DNA from: Klebsormidium nitens
Taxonomy: Eukaryota > Plantae > Klebsormidiophyceae
Direction of reading: 5' to 3'
Length of the DNA: 64,000 bases
Assembly (NCBI GenBank): GCA_000708835.1
Contig: DF237406.1
Span: forward strand, 1 to 64,000
The notes beneath the pieces are model-generated. The model saw nothing but the letters and a program-made list of their open reading frames with translations, was not told the origin of the DNA and searched no databases. Both the position numbers and the translations under genes were made by a program. Numbering within the stretch: the first letter of the stretch is position 1; the number at the start of each line of letters is the position of its first letter. Positions 49,201-60,900 of this stretch are shown in pieces.

Positions 49201-50463
49201 AGTTCTTTTCCTCACGTATATTGTCTACTTTTCCCGCAACATTGTTCCCTTTCCTTGCGTTTCATCATTCCCTTTTCTCGCGCAACACTATTCCGTTGTC
49301 TCGCGCATAATCGTTTCTTTTTCTCGCGCATCATCGTTTCCTTTTCTCGCGCAGTGACATGCTGCGGAAGCTGGCGGAGTGGCCTCCGACGCCCATGGCG
49401 GAGCAAGACTTCCTCAACCGGTACTTCGCCGGTGCGTACCGGCCGGTGCCCAACCGGTACAACCTGGTGCTCGCCATGCTCTGGTGGCACCCCGACAAGG
49501 TCGACGTCAGCAGCGTCAAGAACGTGCACTACTGCGCGAAGGTCGGTGTGACGTCAGCCAAAAACCCGGGTCTGCATTGGGTCTGGTTTGAAGAAGGCAA
49601 AGGCCAGCAGCGTCATTGGAAGGGCGGACTCGGGTGACGTCAGCAATTGCAGGGCCGTGCCATTATTTGGACGCTTGCGGAGAGTTGAATGGCGCGGCAA
49701 GTTTTTGATGCGGTGCGCACAGCAGCGTGCAGACTTGACTCAGCCTGTATAACGTTTGATGCACTAATCAATAGCAATCAGGTACACAGATTTTCCTTTC
49801 CCGGAAACTCAAGCAAAATTTCCTTCGTCCTATTTCGATACGGTCTCATTTCTCTGGATAGTTCGCGAAGAAGGGCGACTCTGGCCCTGCCAAACGAGTT
49901 TGCACAGTGGCCCCCCTTTTCATGGCCCGTTTCACTTTGCATCCTGTGAAAGAGTGTTGAGCTCAAAGGGGCAGTTTTGATCAAGACCGGGCGAGCTTTT
50001 CCAAACAACAATACTATTAGAACATCTGCCCTTTCCTGATACGGCTCTCTCTGTTCAGTTGTGGACGTCAGCCAACGATCTTGCGACCAATTATCCAAGA
50101 CGACCGGCCTCCCTTCGCCCTTTATCACGAGCGGGTTATATTCAGGTCAACGTGCCTTTAAATTATCCCAAGACCAGTCTCCTCTAAAGAGCTTTCCGTA
50201 TGTCTGACCGCTAATCGTCAGAATCGTTTGCCACGTGGCAGGGCTCCAAACCGTGGGACTTCAACCCCAGCGCCCCGCACATGGACCTGCCGATCGTCAG
50301 AGAGCTCGTCGCGCACTGGCTTGAGATCTACGGCTCAGATCCAGCCTCGGGCGCCATCGACGGCCTCGAAACGTTCTCAGCGGCGGCGATTGCGGAAGCG
50401 GAGATGCAACTGTCGGCCGCCGTTCAGCAGGAAGTTGTGCCGGGGGGGATCATGGCTGGATAG
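46270..50463 (+). CDS. GOLS: Galactinol synthase-like glycosyltransferase family 8 protein, 5 exons, 332 aa
   Basis: join(46270..46581,47455..47575,48356..48512,49355..49541,50242..50463). RAFVSFLTGSGDYVKGAVALAKSLR, YYAVNFSKLRIWQF, LVYLDAD, AVMDCFC, YCQQVPDRLPWP, YFNAGM, AEQDFLN, YNLVLAMLWWHP, HYCAKGSKPW are collinear with remembered GolS motifs. Confidence 0.85.
49050..49354 (+). repeat. Pyrimidine-rich array of ~9 degenerate ttttctcgcgca units ending at the GolS exon-4 acceptor
   Basis: Units near 49073, 49094, 49150, 49186, 49229, 49273, 49298, 49318 and 49341. Only the last ends in AG (cttttctcgcgcag). Confidence 0.8.
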
Positions 50464-51946
50464 TTCGGGCGACCTTTTGTCTGAGGCTGCGGTGAAAAGG
50501 TCGCCGGATCCGTGGCCCCTGGACAGTGGCAGGTACTCTTCAGGTGTTTGTAAATAGGTCAGGGCATCAGCCTGCATTCTGGTAAAGCAGTAAGCAGTAG
50601 TTTGATCTGGAAAAAGGTCAGAGAGGTGATAAAGACACGGCTGCAGGGTGATAGGCTACTTGTACCCGCACAAAGGAACTTCCCTCGATGCAGCAGAGGA
50701 GAATAGACGTTTGTAATCAGCCAACTGACAATTCCAAGATCATGGTACAATCAGGTTGTGATGCGACGCGGTCCGTCCTAATCTGTATATACATCTGAAT
50801 CTGAGCTTGGATGTCATTAAGGATATAGGAGTAAGAACTGCTCCCAAAGTGGCCGCAATGTCGAGTCCGCGCTTTCGATCGGTGTGGGTAACATACGCAC
50901 ATCTGAGTACAATACAGTCTCGAGAAGTATCCGAGTACATTCTATCTCTCAATCCTCCTACGAGGCTTCAGTAATCCTGGCAACCCCCGGCTGCCATTCA
51001 ATTTTGAGTAATCGTCCGACCTCATGAGGCATTCATTGATGAGCAGACAAGAAGACAAATGCCGCCAGAGAGTATAGCTAGCTGTCGATCCGCGGAGATT
51101 GATGTTGCGCCACTTATTAAGAAGCTTTTAAAAGTCTTCAATCGGATGCCGCCATGTTATAACTTACGTCAAGGAAGAGCCGACTCGAGTGGAGCCGCGT
51201 AATTGGCTTCCCTCAGCGTTAAAACGAATTTAGTACCTACCCAGTACCTACAAGCGTAAGCGCCGTGACGCCGGCGGGATCCCTCTTGCGGACGCTTTTG
51301 CACGTTGGACGATAGCGCTGTCGAGTGTCCGCAAATCTTGGCGACTCGGCCCCAGTCGGAGGCTGACGGTACGGTTGACCGGCACTACAAAGTATTCCTA
51401 TAAAAGCCTGTAACATATTTCTCGAGCAACTCGTGACCAAAGGAACCGGCAAGCCGCTTAGCCAACAACAGTCGCCGTTGCCATCCCCGGAAAGCATGAC
51501 GTGCAACGACGTCACGACCGGCCATGAATGATGCTGCGACATGCAGCTAGCAGCTGCAGCTCAGCTAGCTAGGTGAAAGCCGGCTTTCCAAGCTGGAAAA
51601 TGAGCTTTATTTATGGTTTTCTGTAAGCGCTTTCAAGGTTTCGCAGCTCTCTCGCTTTGTCTCCATTGGCATTTGACTTGCGGGGTCCTGGATTCCTTTC
51701 AGGGCGTGCAGTTCAAGTCATCTTCAGCAGCTCTTCCGAACAGCATTCTCCCGTAGCTCGTTTCCGTCTACGTCACTGGGACAGGTTAGCTCAGGAGTAG
51801 GCCAAACTGGAGAGCGAACAGTCCGCCTAGGAGTCCAATGAGAGTGCCCGGAGGTTGAAAGCTTAAGTAGCTGTGAGATTTGTCGATCTGTCAGACAATT
51901 TGAATTAGTATCTGTCACATACTAGCTGTATTTGTACTTCAGCAAC

Positions 51947-53347
51947 ATGGCCCTGATGATGTTGATCAAGCTGGTCTCCAAGCCCGGAATGGAGGGACAG
52001 GTGAGCATTGTCGGTTCTGGAGGATCTCAAGGGCGGTCACCTGGATTTCGGTTGTCAATCGGATAAGCAAACTTCTTCTTTAAACACACGAACCGTGCCG
52101 ACTGTATGACGACATTCCACCTGAAACTTGATCCCGATGTCAGATTTGAAAGCGTGGCACAAACTTGGCAGCAGCATGGGCTCTAGGAATCTACTTAAAC
52201 CTCTGAGTCGGCAGAGCTTGGGTATTGACCAACTGAATCATTGCTCCACTTCTGGGGGGGAAGTGAGCGTCAGATTATCAGCAGAACGGTGATAAGGCAT
52301 CAAAAGGGTTGTTATGCTTTCCCCACAGCAGGATGGCTCTTATGAAACTTTGGAACAGCCTTCAATTAGGTGCTCAGTACCTCTGAACTCCAACATCTTG
52401 AGCTTTGACTGGGAGTCCCCAAGTGCACCAGCTGAAAGTGTAGTTAGCGGTAGTATTGGACATAAGTAGATTCAGCCATGTGGGAATGGTTGTAGGCATG
52501 CTCCATGGCAGGTTTGCCCAGTACGCCACAGTTCTACAAGTGAATGAAAAGTCAGCATTTTGTGTTCTCTGTTTGTATTTTCTCGATGCCACAGCGACAA
52601 AGTCTGCCCTTGACACCTTGAATCTGATTGCAAAGAGAACGTTTCAGCCACTAGCGTTGTAGTGGGGCAGAAGCAGGCAAGCGCTCGTATCTATAGGGAT
52701 TGCGTTTTAGTGTTAAGGATCACATACCGACTGCAAGGTCAGTCCATCTTTCCAGGAACTCCCTGACGTGATTTATGGTTGATTCCTGCTCATGTCTCTA
52801 GAATGTATTGTCGAATGAGGGAAAAAGCAACTTGAAAGGAGGAGAAAGCAGAACAACGCGTGGGAACTTTGGCTCGCAAGTGAAAAAGAAGTAGGCAATG
52901 GCATGTTCACGAAAGAAGAATGTTTAGGAACAACAAAGAAGAAACTTTCATCTAGGAAGAAACAAACACGAATCTGAAATACAAATGATGAGACGTTTAT
53001 TTGCTTTTCCGCAGGTGAGGGAAAAGTATCAATGGATGGCGGCAAAAATGGCCGAGCTCTTCCCCGGAGTCATCACCTTCCACGCGTTTCAAAGCCCCGG
53101 GAACCCATCCGAGTGGCAGTGCGTCGAGATCTACTCCTCGCAAGAAGTTTTCAAGAGACACGTGTCAGACACAGAGGAGCTGAAAAACTGGGCGATGGAA
53201 TTCAGGCCGTTGATTGAGTCGTTCTCGGCGGACATGTTTGTGGAGGGGGAGGAGGTGTCGGAGTTTGTGAAGCAGCGGGCCGCGATGCAGGGGGGGACAA
53301 GCACGCAAGCGGGTCGTGGGCGGGTTTCGCTCTTAACCCTTCGTTGA
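51947..53347 (+). CDS. Small dimeric alpha-beta barrel / ABM (antibiotic biosynthesis monooxygenase-like) protein, 2 exons, ~128 aa
   Basis: join(51947..52000,53015..53347): MALMMLIKLVSKPGMEGQ|VREKYQWMAAKMAELFPGVITFHAFQSPGNPSEWQCVEIYSSQEVFKRH. The KPG, then E.Y.S.E.F..H pattern is typical of ABM/YgiN-like folds. Confidence 0.65.
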
Positions 53348-54923
53348 GCATTCAGGCATAGGCATCAGGAGTGCCAGCATTGGAGGACTGGATCTGGGTC
53401 ACGAACAGTAGCTATATGGATGTCCCACAAACGCGGGGTAAAGTGCATATTGGAGAGAGCAAACATTTTTTCGTCGAGAGGTTGCCAACAAACGTGATGC
53501 AACTGGTTGGACATCAAACTAACAAGGCCGACGGGGATCAGATTCACCAAGAAAGTGATAATGACATCTGTGCTTCTGCTAGATGTCGAGCTAGAGTTGT
53601 CAAACATAAATATGCAAATAGGGCAGAGGGCAGATTGTATTAGTAACTGCAAATACGTGGAATCATGCATGGCGGCAGTCAACGTTTTGTCAGATCGACC
53701 GATCGAGAGAATGATATGATCATGGCCTCTAAGCGGTTTGATGGCAGTATAATCAGTGATTGGTTATAACTATAGTGATTGGGTGTAGCTTGGAGCGCGA
53801 GATCGCGGCCATTGAACACGTCCTCTGCCAAGCACGTACTGCAAGGTTGCGCTAGCTGCGGACTGCAGCATTAACACGAGTACACTTGTGCGGTTCCTGA
53901 GAGAATGTACGGTATTGCTGGCATGATTAATTGAAGCCTGCTGGATGCATGTAAAATGGCCCCACCGTAGCCCTATATATGCTTTTGCATGATAGTGCGG
54001 GCTCAGTGCGGCTGTTGGAGAAGCCATTGAACATCAACAGATCGAGACCCTATCATCGAATACCACTTACAGTATAAGTTGACCGTCTCCATGTAAGTTC
54101 CATTTCGCTTAGAGACGGTCGAATGTCATTCGATAGCGCTACAAAAGTGTGATGTATCATATCTTACTGGGCTTCGCGGGACCAATCTCGCAAATGGTCG
54201 GGTGCCCCAGAAAACATGAAGATGCTAGCGTCAAATTTTGATAGGGTTTGAAGCTGAATCAAGCACTGCAGCACGACTTTTTTATGGCAGCCGCCGCTTG
54301 CGACATTCCCTGAGTCGAAGAACATGACAGAAGCTCCAATTGCACGGCTCTTATCATATTTCAGTAGAACAGTCATTCGTTTGTCAATCAATACTCTCCA
54401 TTGTACACTTCAGTTGGCAACCTTCAAATTTCAAGTATAGCCTCTTGAATGTAGTATCAGCATTCTTATCGCCATGGCATGGGCGACCTCTTACCTACAG
54501 ACTTTCCAGGCCTACTGCCTATACTCTCGGAATTGTCAAGGACGTGTCTCAAGGAACTTTTGATAGACTCGTTAATGAATGTAGCGCAGCTAAACCACGG
54601 AAGTTAGCGACAGAGGCGGCCCCCAGATTAGTGCACACTTGTTACCAAAGCGCATAGGAGCCAATTTTGCTCCTTATCTCAGTCCCATTCCTTGTGTTGC
54701 ACCCATTGGTTGGGAGCCCAACAGAAGTGGGTTTGGCTGATACGACGGCCGGCGCTTGACATTGGATGCCTGCAAATTCAAGACAAACAGATATCAAGCG
54801 TCAAACAGATTTTGAAACGCAAGAAAGAACGAAATCTTCATGCCCAAGAAATGACGTCCATGGTAAGCATTGCCGAAGTCTCTTTGAACTCTCTTCAGTC
54901 ACTGAAATGTTGCCCTCCTCTTC

Positions 54924-57900
54924 TCATAGGATGATAATCAAATGATACGTCTGATTTGAGAGTACGGCATCTTCTACAAGCAGCTTTGCTATCCCCACCT
55001 TTGCTTGCAGCTCCGAGTACGTCCCTTCCAGGCACCGCTTGAGGTCCTTGTAGCTCGCCACCAGCAGCGACTGCTCGTCCCTGCTCAGCAGCGTCACCTT
55101 TTCCGAAACCCCCGCGTCTAGTTTGTTCAGCGCCTCAATAATATGCCCCCAATCCATCGCCGGCTTCCCTTCCTCCGTCGTTTGGTGGAAGACAAAGTCG
55201 CGGAAGAGTTTGAGGAGGTAACGATCCCCGGTCTCCGACCAATTGGATTCCGCCACGTCATCGTCGGGCCGCTCATTGATCATGGAGCACTTGATGATGA
55301 TGCGGAGCAGGCGCCCGTTTTCCGACTCCTTCTCGAGCTCGTCCATCAAATGGTCGGCGTACACGTGGCAGTGCTCCAGCTGAAGGCCAGGAAAACAAGG
55401 ATACGGTTGAACGATTCGGTTTGGAAACGGTTGACGAGAGACGGAAAGACTTCGTCTAACTCTCAAATCGAGTGAATATCAACATTCTGATGCCCGGTGC
55501 TGCAAGACCTATGTATTTTTGTGCTGGCGAACTCCTCGAATGACTTGACGTCATCCTCCCCCAGAATATGATACGATACAGTGAAATGCATTGAACATTC
55601 TTGCGCTCATTGGAGAAGAGAGTATGTCACCTCCGCTTTGGATCGACGGAACTGCATGAGTCTAACCTCGTTCTGATGAGCCATCACGGACTCCCATTCC
55701 TAAACACTACAGACAAGCACTCCTTTCGTTTCACGCACAAAAGTCGACTGAACGCATGGAACCACAGGCGTTCTATAGCGCATCCTGAAGCAGGGGACAC
55801 AGAGTCCTCCCGTTTAATCTGCTCCCAGATCGCGATCCATCTTCAATCTCAATCCAACGAGTCGGTGCCTTAACAAGCTCAATATTCGAGTGTGCAGCAC
55901 GCCATTAACGAGGCGCTCAAAGCAAGTCACACCGGACCCACTTGTATCGAAAGTGGAAACGTGCGTACCGAGCTAAACATGCGATCCCCCAGAACATTGG
56001 TTAGTTGCTTGATGCTGGCGAGGCCACCGACTTCGTGGTTGTCCGGTGATGACGCAATCAGCGCCTGTGTGATCCGCACAAGCTCGGGGGAGTAGTGCGC
56101 GGCCATGAACTGGCAAAAGCGGGCAGGGTGACGTCAGCTTGCTCGCAGATGACGTGAGAAGGTGTGTGTGACATCAACGTGCCTTTACCAATGTGTGGAC
56201 CGGGTCTCAGAAGGCGTTCCGCGCACAGGTTTAAAGCAGACTTGACAAAACTGCCACCTCTTTGAGGATGGCAGACAACCGGGACCGCAAACCTACAAGA
56301 GTCGTTGCTGCGCCAGCCAACCCCTATACTTTTGTCCTTAGGTTCAACCTTTTCTAGCACCTCCACAATCAGCAAAGCTATCATGCTTCCAAAAGCCGCA
56401 AATCCGCAAACAAGGACTTCAAAAGAGTCCAGGGACGCATCTGCAGCAGTACACCTTCTGTACATCAAGAGCCCACTTGAAAAGCGACAAAACCAGAAAA
56501 CGAGAGAACTAGAGCAAATTTACGCCCGCGGAGGCAAATACCAGCACCTCTGACGTGATCAGGACAAGAGAACGGCCGATTGTCAAGGTACCTCGCCCGA
56601 GCAAGAACAAAAGCAAAAGGTGTGGAGAGACAAGCATGAAGGAGAAAGGCTAATAAGCAGCCACTTGAGAGCAGATCCTCACGTCCAACGACGCATTCAT
56701 GGCCGACCCGCACGCCAGCGACAGCAGCAGCCGCCCCATTTCCGCTAGGTCGATCCGCTGGAGGAACTGCTTGTCTTCCCCCGGATCCCCGTGTAGCACG
56801 TCTAAGAAGCCCACCGAGCAGAGTCGTATTCTGCCGCGGCTAGTTATGAGCACTTTCGAGGCGTCGAGAGCGCCTCCCCGAGCGATGAGGCCCGCACCAT
56901 GGATTGCTCGAAGCGCGGTGGCGAGCTGGATTGTGTAGCTCCATAGCTCGTCTTCCGTAACCTGGAAGAGGGTTAGGATTTTGGTCAGGCAAAATACCCG
57001 GCTCAGGAGTGTGGTCAGGCAAAACCCGGAGTCAAGGATGGCGGACAGGATTCAGGTCTAAAATCTTAATCTAGAACCTAAAAAGTGCAGATTGATTTCT
57101 GCTTAAAAGCCGCATATACGCTCAGCTCACTCAATCGCACAACCAGGCGACCACGATTACACCAAAAGCGCACACAAGAATTCAATGTTTAACCCGTTAT
57201 AGAAAGCCAAGAATCACAAGAAGCCGCATATGCTCTTCTTTCTGATCAACATAAGCGAGTTTGACACATCGCAAAACCACAACCCAGATCTCATTCACAG
57301 CACGACTAGGAACTGAACTTAAGCCTTACCGTCAAGTGGACCACCCCCCCGCTTTGTTCTTGTTGCAAGTGCGCGTTTTCGAGCGACACCGCTCCAGGGT
57401 AATAATCGTACGCGAAGTAGAGTGCGGGGCTGTCTTCGATTTCTTTGCTGACGAACGCTTCTCGCATGACCCCCACGTGGGGATGTCCCGCAAGGTGCGA
57501 CCACCTTTCTATCGTTTCGTTGGCGGCGGTCGCGAGCTCAGCTGTCGGGATTACCTGGGGGGAACGCGAAAATGATATGATGAGGGAATTCGCCGGCGAA
57601 TCGCAAAATGGAAAAGCGGTGGTTGTGGGATCCATTGCAGGACGGAAAACGTCGATGTTTCAGGGATACTGGAGTGAAGGTGTCATTAGCTCTTTTATTG
57701 ATGAATGAAAAAGCTTTTATAGAAAGAACGGAAGCCTCAACTGCTAGAAGCAGGAAGGTTGTTACTCGTGGACGAGGAACTCTTTAGACACGGCCCAGCT
57801 CTTTAAGTTAGTCGCGTAGGAGCCCACTAAAAGTACTTCTACTGCGCCTTGAAGGGAGTAAGTGCAGCTATCGGTAAACGGACACACGTTTCGCGAAACC

Positions 57901-60900
57901 AAAGGAATGACGCCATCAGAAGGAGTCACTTTCAGCTGACCTGACAGGAAAGCCTCTTTCGCAAGCAAGCCGTAGCGTGATCGTTCAAAGCTGTTCAGCT
58001 CAGATTCGACGACTGTCAGAACCCGTGGAAGGAGAACATGGACTACAGTTTTCCAATCTGGACCCCCACACCGATCAGAACCCCCTGTACGCAGGTGAGG
58101 GATGTCACGCGTGACTCACGGAACCCCGAATACTCTTGAACGATCGACCGAGGGCTCGGAAACCGCATTCAGATCTGAAAGTTTGCATGACCGGTCAGCC
58201 GCACGGAAGTGGTCGGGGCCCCAAACATAACCAGCCCAGCTACTTTGAACAGCTGCGCGCGCACCGAGTACCAATCGGTGTGGGGGTCTCGGACTGCAAA
58301 CTGCAGTCCGCGTTCTCCTTCCATCCGTTCTGTCAGCAGAATCAAAACGGCACACTGAAGGTAAATGAAGCTCACCTGTCTATGATCTATTCGCCTAATA
58401 GCGTAAGCGAGGCCGTCTGTTGAGCTGATCCCTTTGAAGACCGTCGTCCGCACCCCGAGCGAGCTCATGCCGTCGGCCTCACTGCTTTCTAGAGGGTATA
58501 GCGTATGAAACCGCCCCACAAACTCTGGCAGGTCGGATATGTCCTGCTCAGGGTCTATCTGCACGATGCAACGATGTTCACAGCTTTTGAAGACAGGAAG
58601 AATAAGCAGATAAGTTATTTCGGAATAAAGTACTTCCTTCAGGCTTTGAAGTGACCACAAGAGCGGGGGCCACCGTCTAAAATGCTTTGAAAATGTGATA
58701 GAAATAATACACATTGCTCCGCATAGAGCACGATGGCCCGCGAGACTCTTCAGGGACGAACCACCGCGAGCTGATGCGGCTCCTTTACGGTAACGAACTG
58801 TACGGGCCCACTTACGAAATGAACCATAAAGCGCACCAATTTTTTGAGGGAGCAAACGCAGAGGGTGCAGGGCGAGAATATTGTGCGCAGACAAAATACT
58901 TTCCAATTGTTGGCGTCGCTGAATACAAGCTGCAAAAACGACCGGTCCCCAGCAAACCTGGTCAGCAAAACTGGGCTGTAGCTGCTGTTGTAAGCAGGTG
59001 ACACGGTCGATGGCGGAAAACAGAATTCCTACGAATCAAAGATACAGAACGTCTGCAGTTCCAAGTCTCCACAATCCAAATCATAACCCCGAACCCTCGT
59101 ACCTGCGCCTGCACCAAAGCAGCCCGCTGCTGGATCTCCTCCCTCAAGCTCTCCGGCAGAAACTTGGACGCCATTTGGACGGTCCCCGGCCTGATGACCG
59201 TCCGATTCCGGTTGTGGTCCGGCCGCCCGGGACCCAGTCCGAAGCCGCCAGCTGGCCCCATGCTGACGTGGCCCCCGAGGCCCATTTGGGAGGGGCCGGC
59301 GCCCTGACCCGGTCCGAAAAAGTAGGTGGCGCCGCCCACTTGAGTCGCGGCGGTGGGAACGGGGCCGCCTAGAGACGGCGAATTCGACCTGAGAGGCGGA
59401 GAAAGAAACCTGGAACCAGACGTTTGAGAGAATCAGGGAAGGTTATTGGGACTGAGATGCCTATTCAACATCCGCACGTTGGACGAACAGTGTAGAACCA
59501 AGCGGTAAACACTTGGACCGCATTCTGCCACCAGTATGACAAGGTCAAAGCTTAACTGTAATGCGAGTACAACCGCCCTGCCGGGATGCTGAGCACTTTC
59601 TACAGGTCAAGCGACGCGAGGACTCCAGAATTCAATCTCCCCAATACACCACCATGCCACGTCCCAGTCTAAGTTGGATGCATCTCAATCAACAGGAGTT
59701 TAGCCAGGGCGCATCTGATTCTCCATTTAAAAGGCGGAAACAGAAGCGAGATACATATCCGCAAAAGACTGCTGATTTCGTACCGTTGCCCAAACGGCTG
59801 CATCGGCCCCCCCGGCCGCGGCCTCCCCAGGCCCTGGCTCGTCAGCGGGGGGGTCGCCCTCCCCATCTGTTGCTTCATCGGCGACGCCGGCGCTGACGTC
59901 ATCATCCCCGGCATCGGAGGCGTTCGCGACCGATACTCGTCCCTCGGCGACATCATCCCCATCGCGCTTAGGCTCCGGTTAAGCGACGGGTTACCCCCAA
60001 ACCGCCCCCCGCCGTCACCCATTTTCAGGGCCGACATCGCATCTTGGAGCCGGTGGTTTGGCTGACCCCCCTCCAAAAACTGGTTGTTGCCGAAACGGGG
60101 CCCGCCGCGCGGGTGGGGGGGTGACATCGAGGACATGCCCAGGGCTGGGTCGTCCCCTTCGGGAAGGCCGAAACTGGCGGGGCCGGAGTAGGGGCGGTGC
60201 GAGTTGTCGAGGCCCTGTTGGGCATACTGCGGGAGGCTGACGCCCCGACCGCGGACTGCAGCGGCCGCATGCTGCTGCTGATGCAGGGCCTGCTAAGATA
60301 AGTGCGAGATTTCTGGGTCTGCCTCGTTTAATATTCCAAGGAGACCACAAAAAGCCGCGCTGCCGACACAGGCAACGAAACGGGATAAATCATTCAAAAC
60401 TTTCGGAATCCAAGCGGGATAGCTCGGGTAACAATTGAAGCAGACTAGTCGAACGCTCTCGACAGGATGCAACGGCTTTTGCGAGTGATAGGCTACTCAT
60501 CACATTTGTAGTCTCAGAATCCTCAACTTCGTGTCGGTTTCCTTTTCACCACTTTCCCCCCAGTATGATAAGAGACGTGTTTGAAACTGCCAGATACGTT
60601 TTTCGGACGACCGAAAAGCAGGAGTCAAAGTCCGCATCTCAGCACTGAAGCCCCTCTCAGGTCCGTCAGATTTTGCTTATCAAAAGTAGATTGTTATGTT
60701 ATGTGAGGAAAGCGACGCAGGACTGAATTGCCTGGACACTGAAAGCACTCACCTGCTGATGGAATTGCGACATTTGTCGCCTCTGCACGTCGAAAGGCCC
60801 CATGCCCGCTGGTCCTCCCACGCCTCTGGGTGAGTTCATGGCCCCCATGCCGCCACCTTGCCCGTGCACAGGCGCTCCCCCACCCATCCTCGGGCTCATC

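Noticed and set aside
53355-53480. Possible downstream echo of the ABM exon
   Set aside because: Only scattered short word matches.
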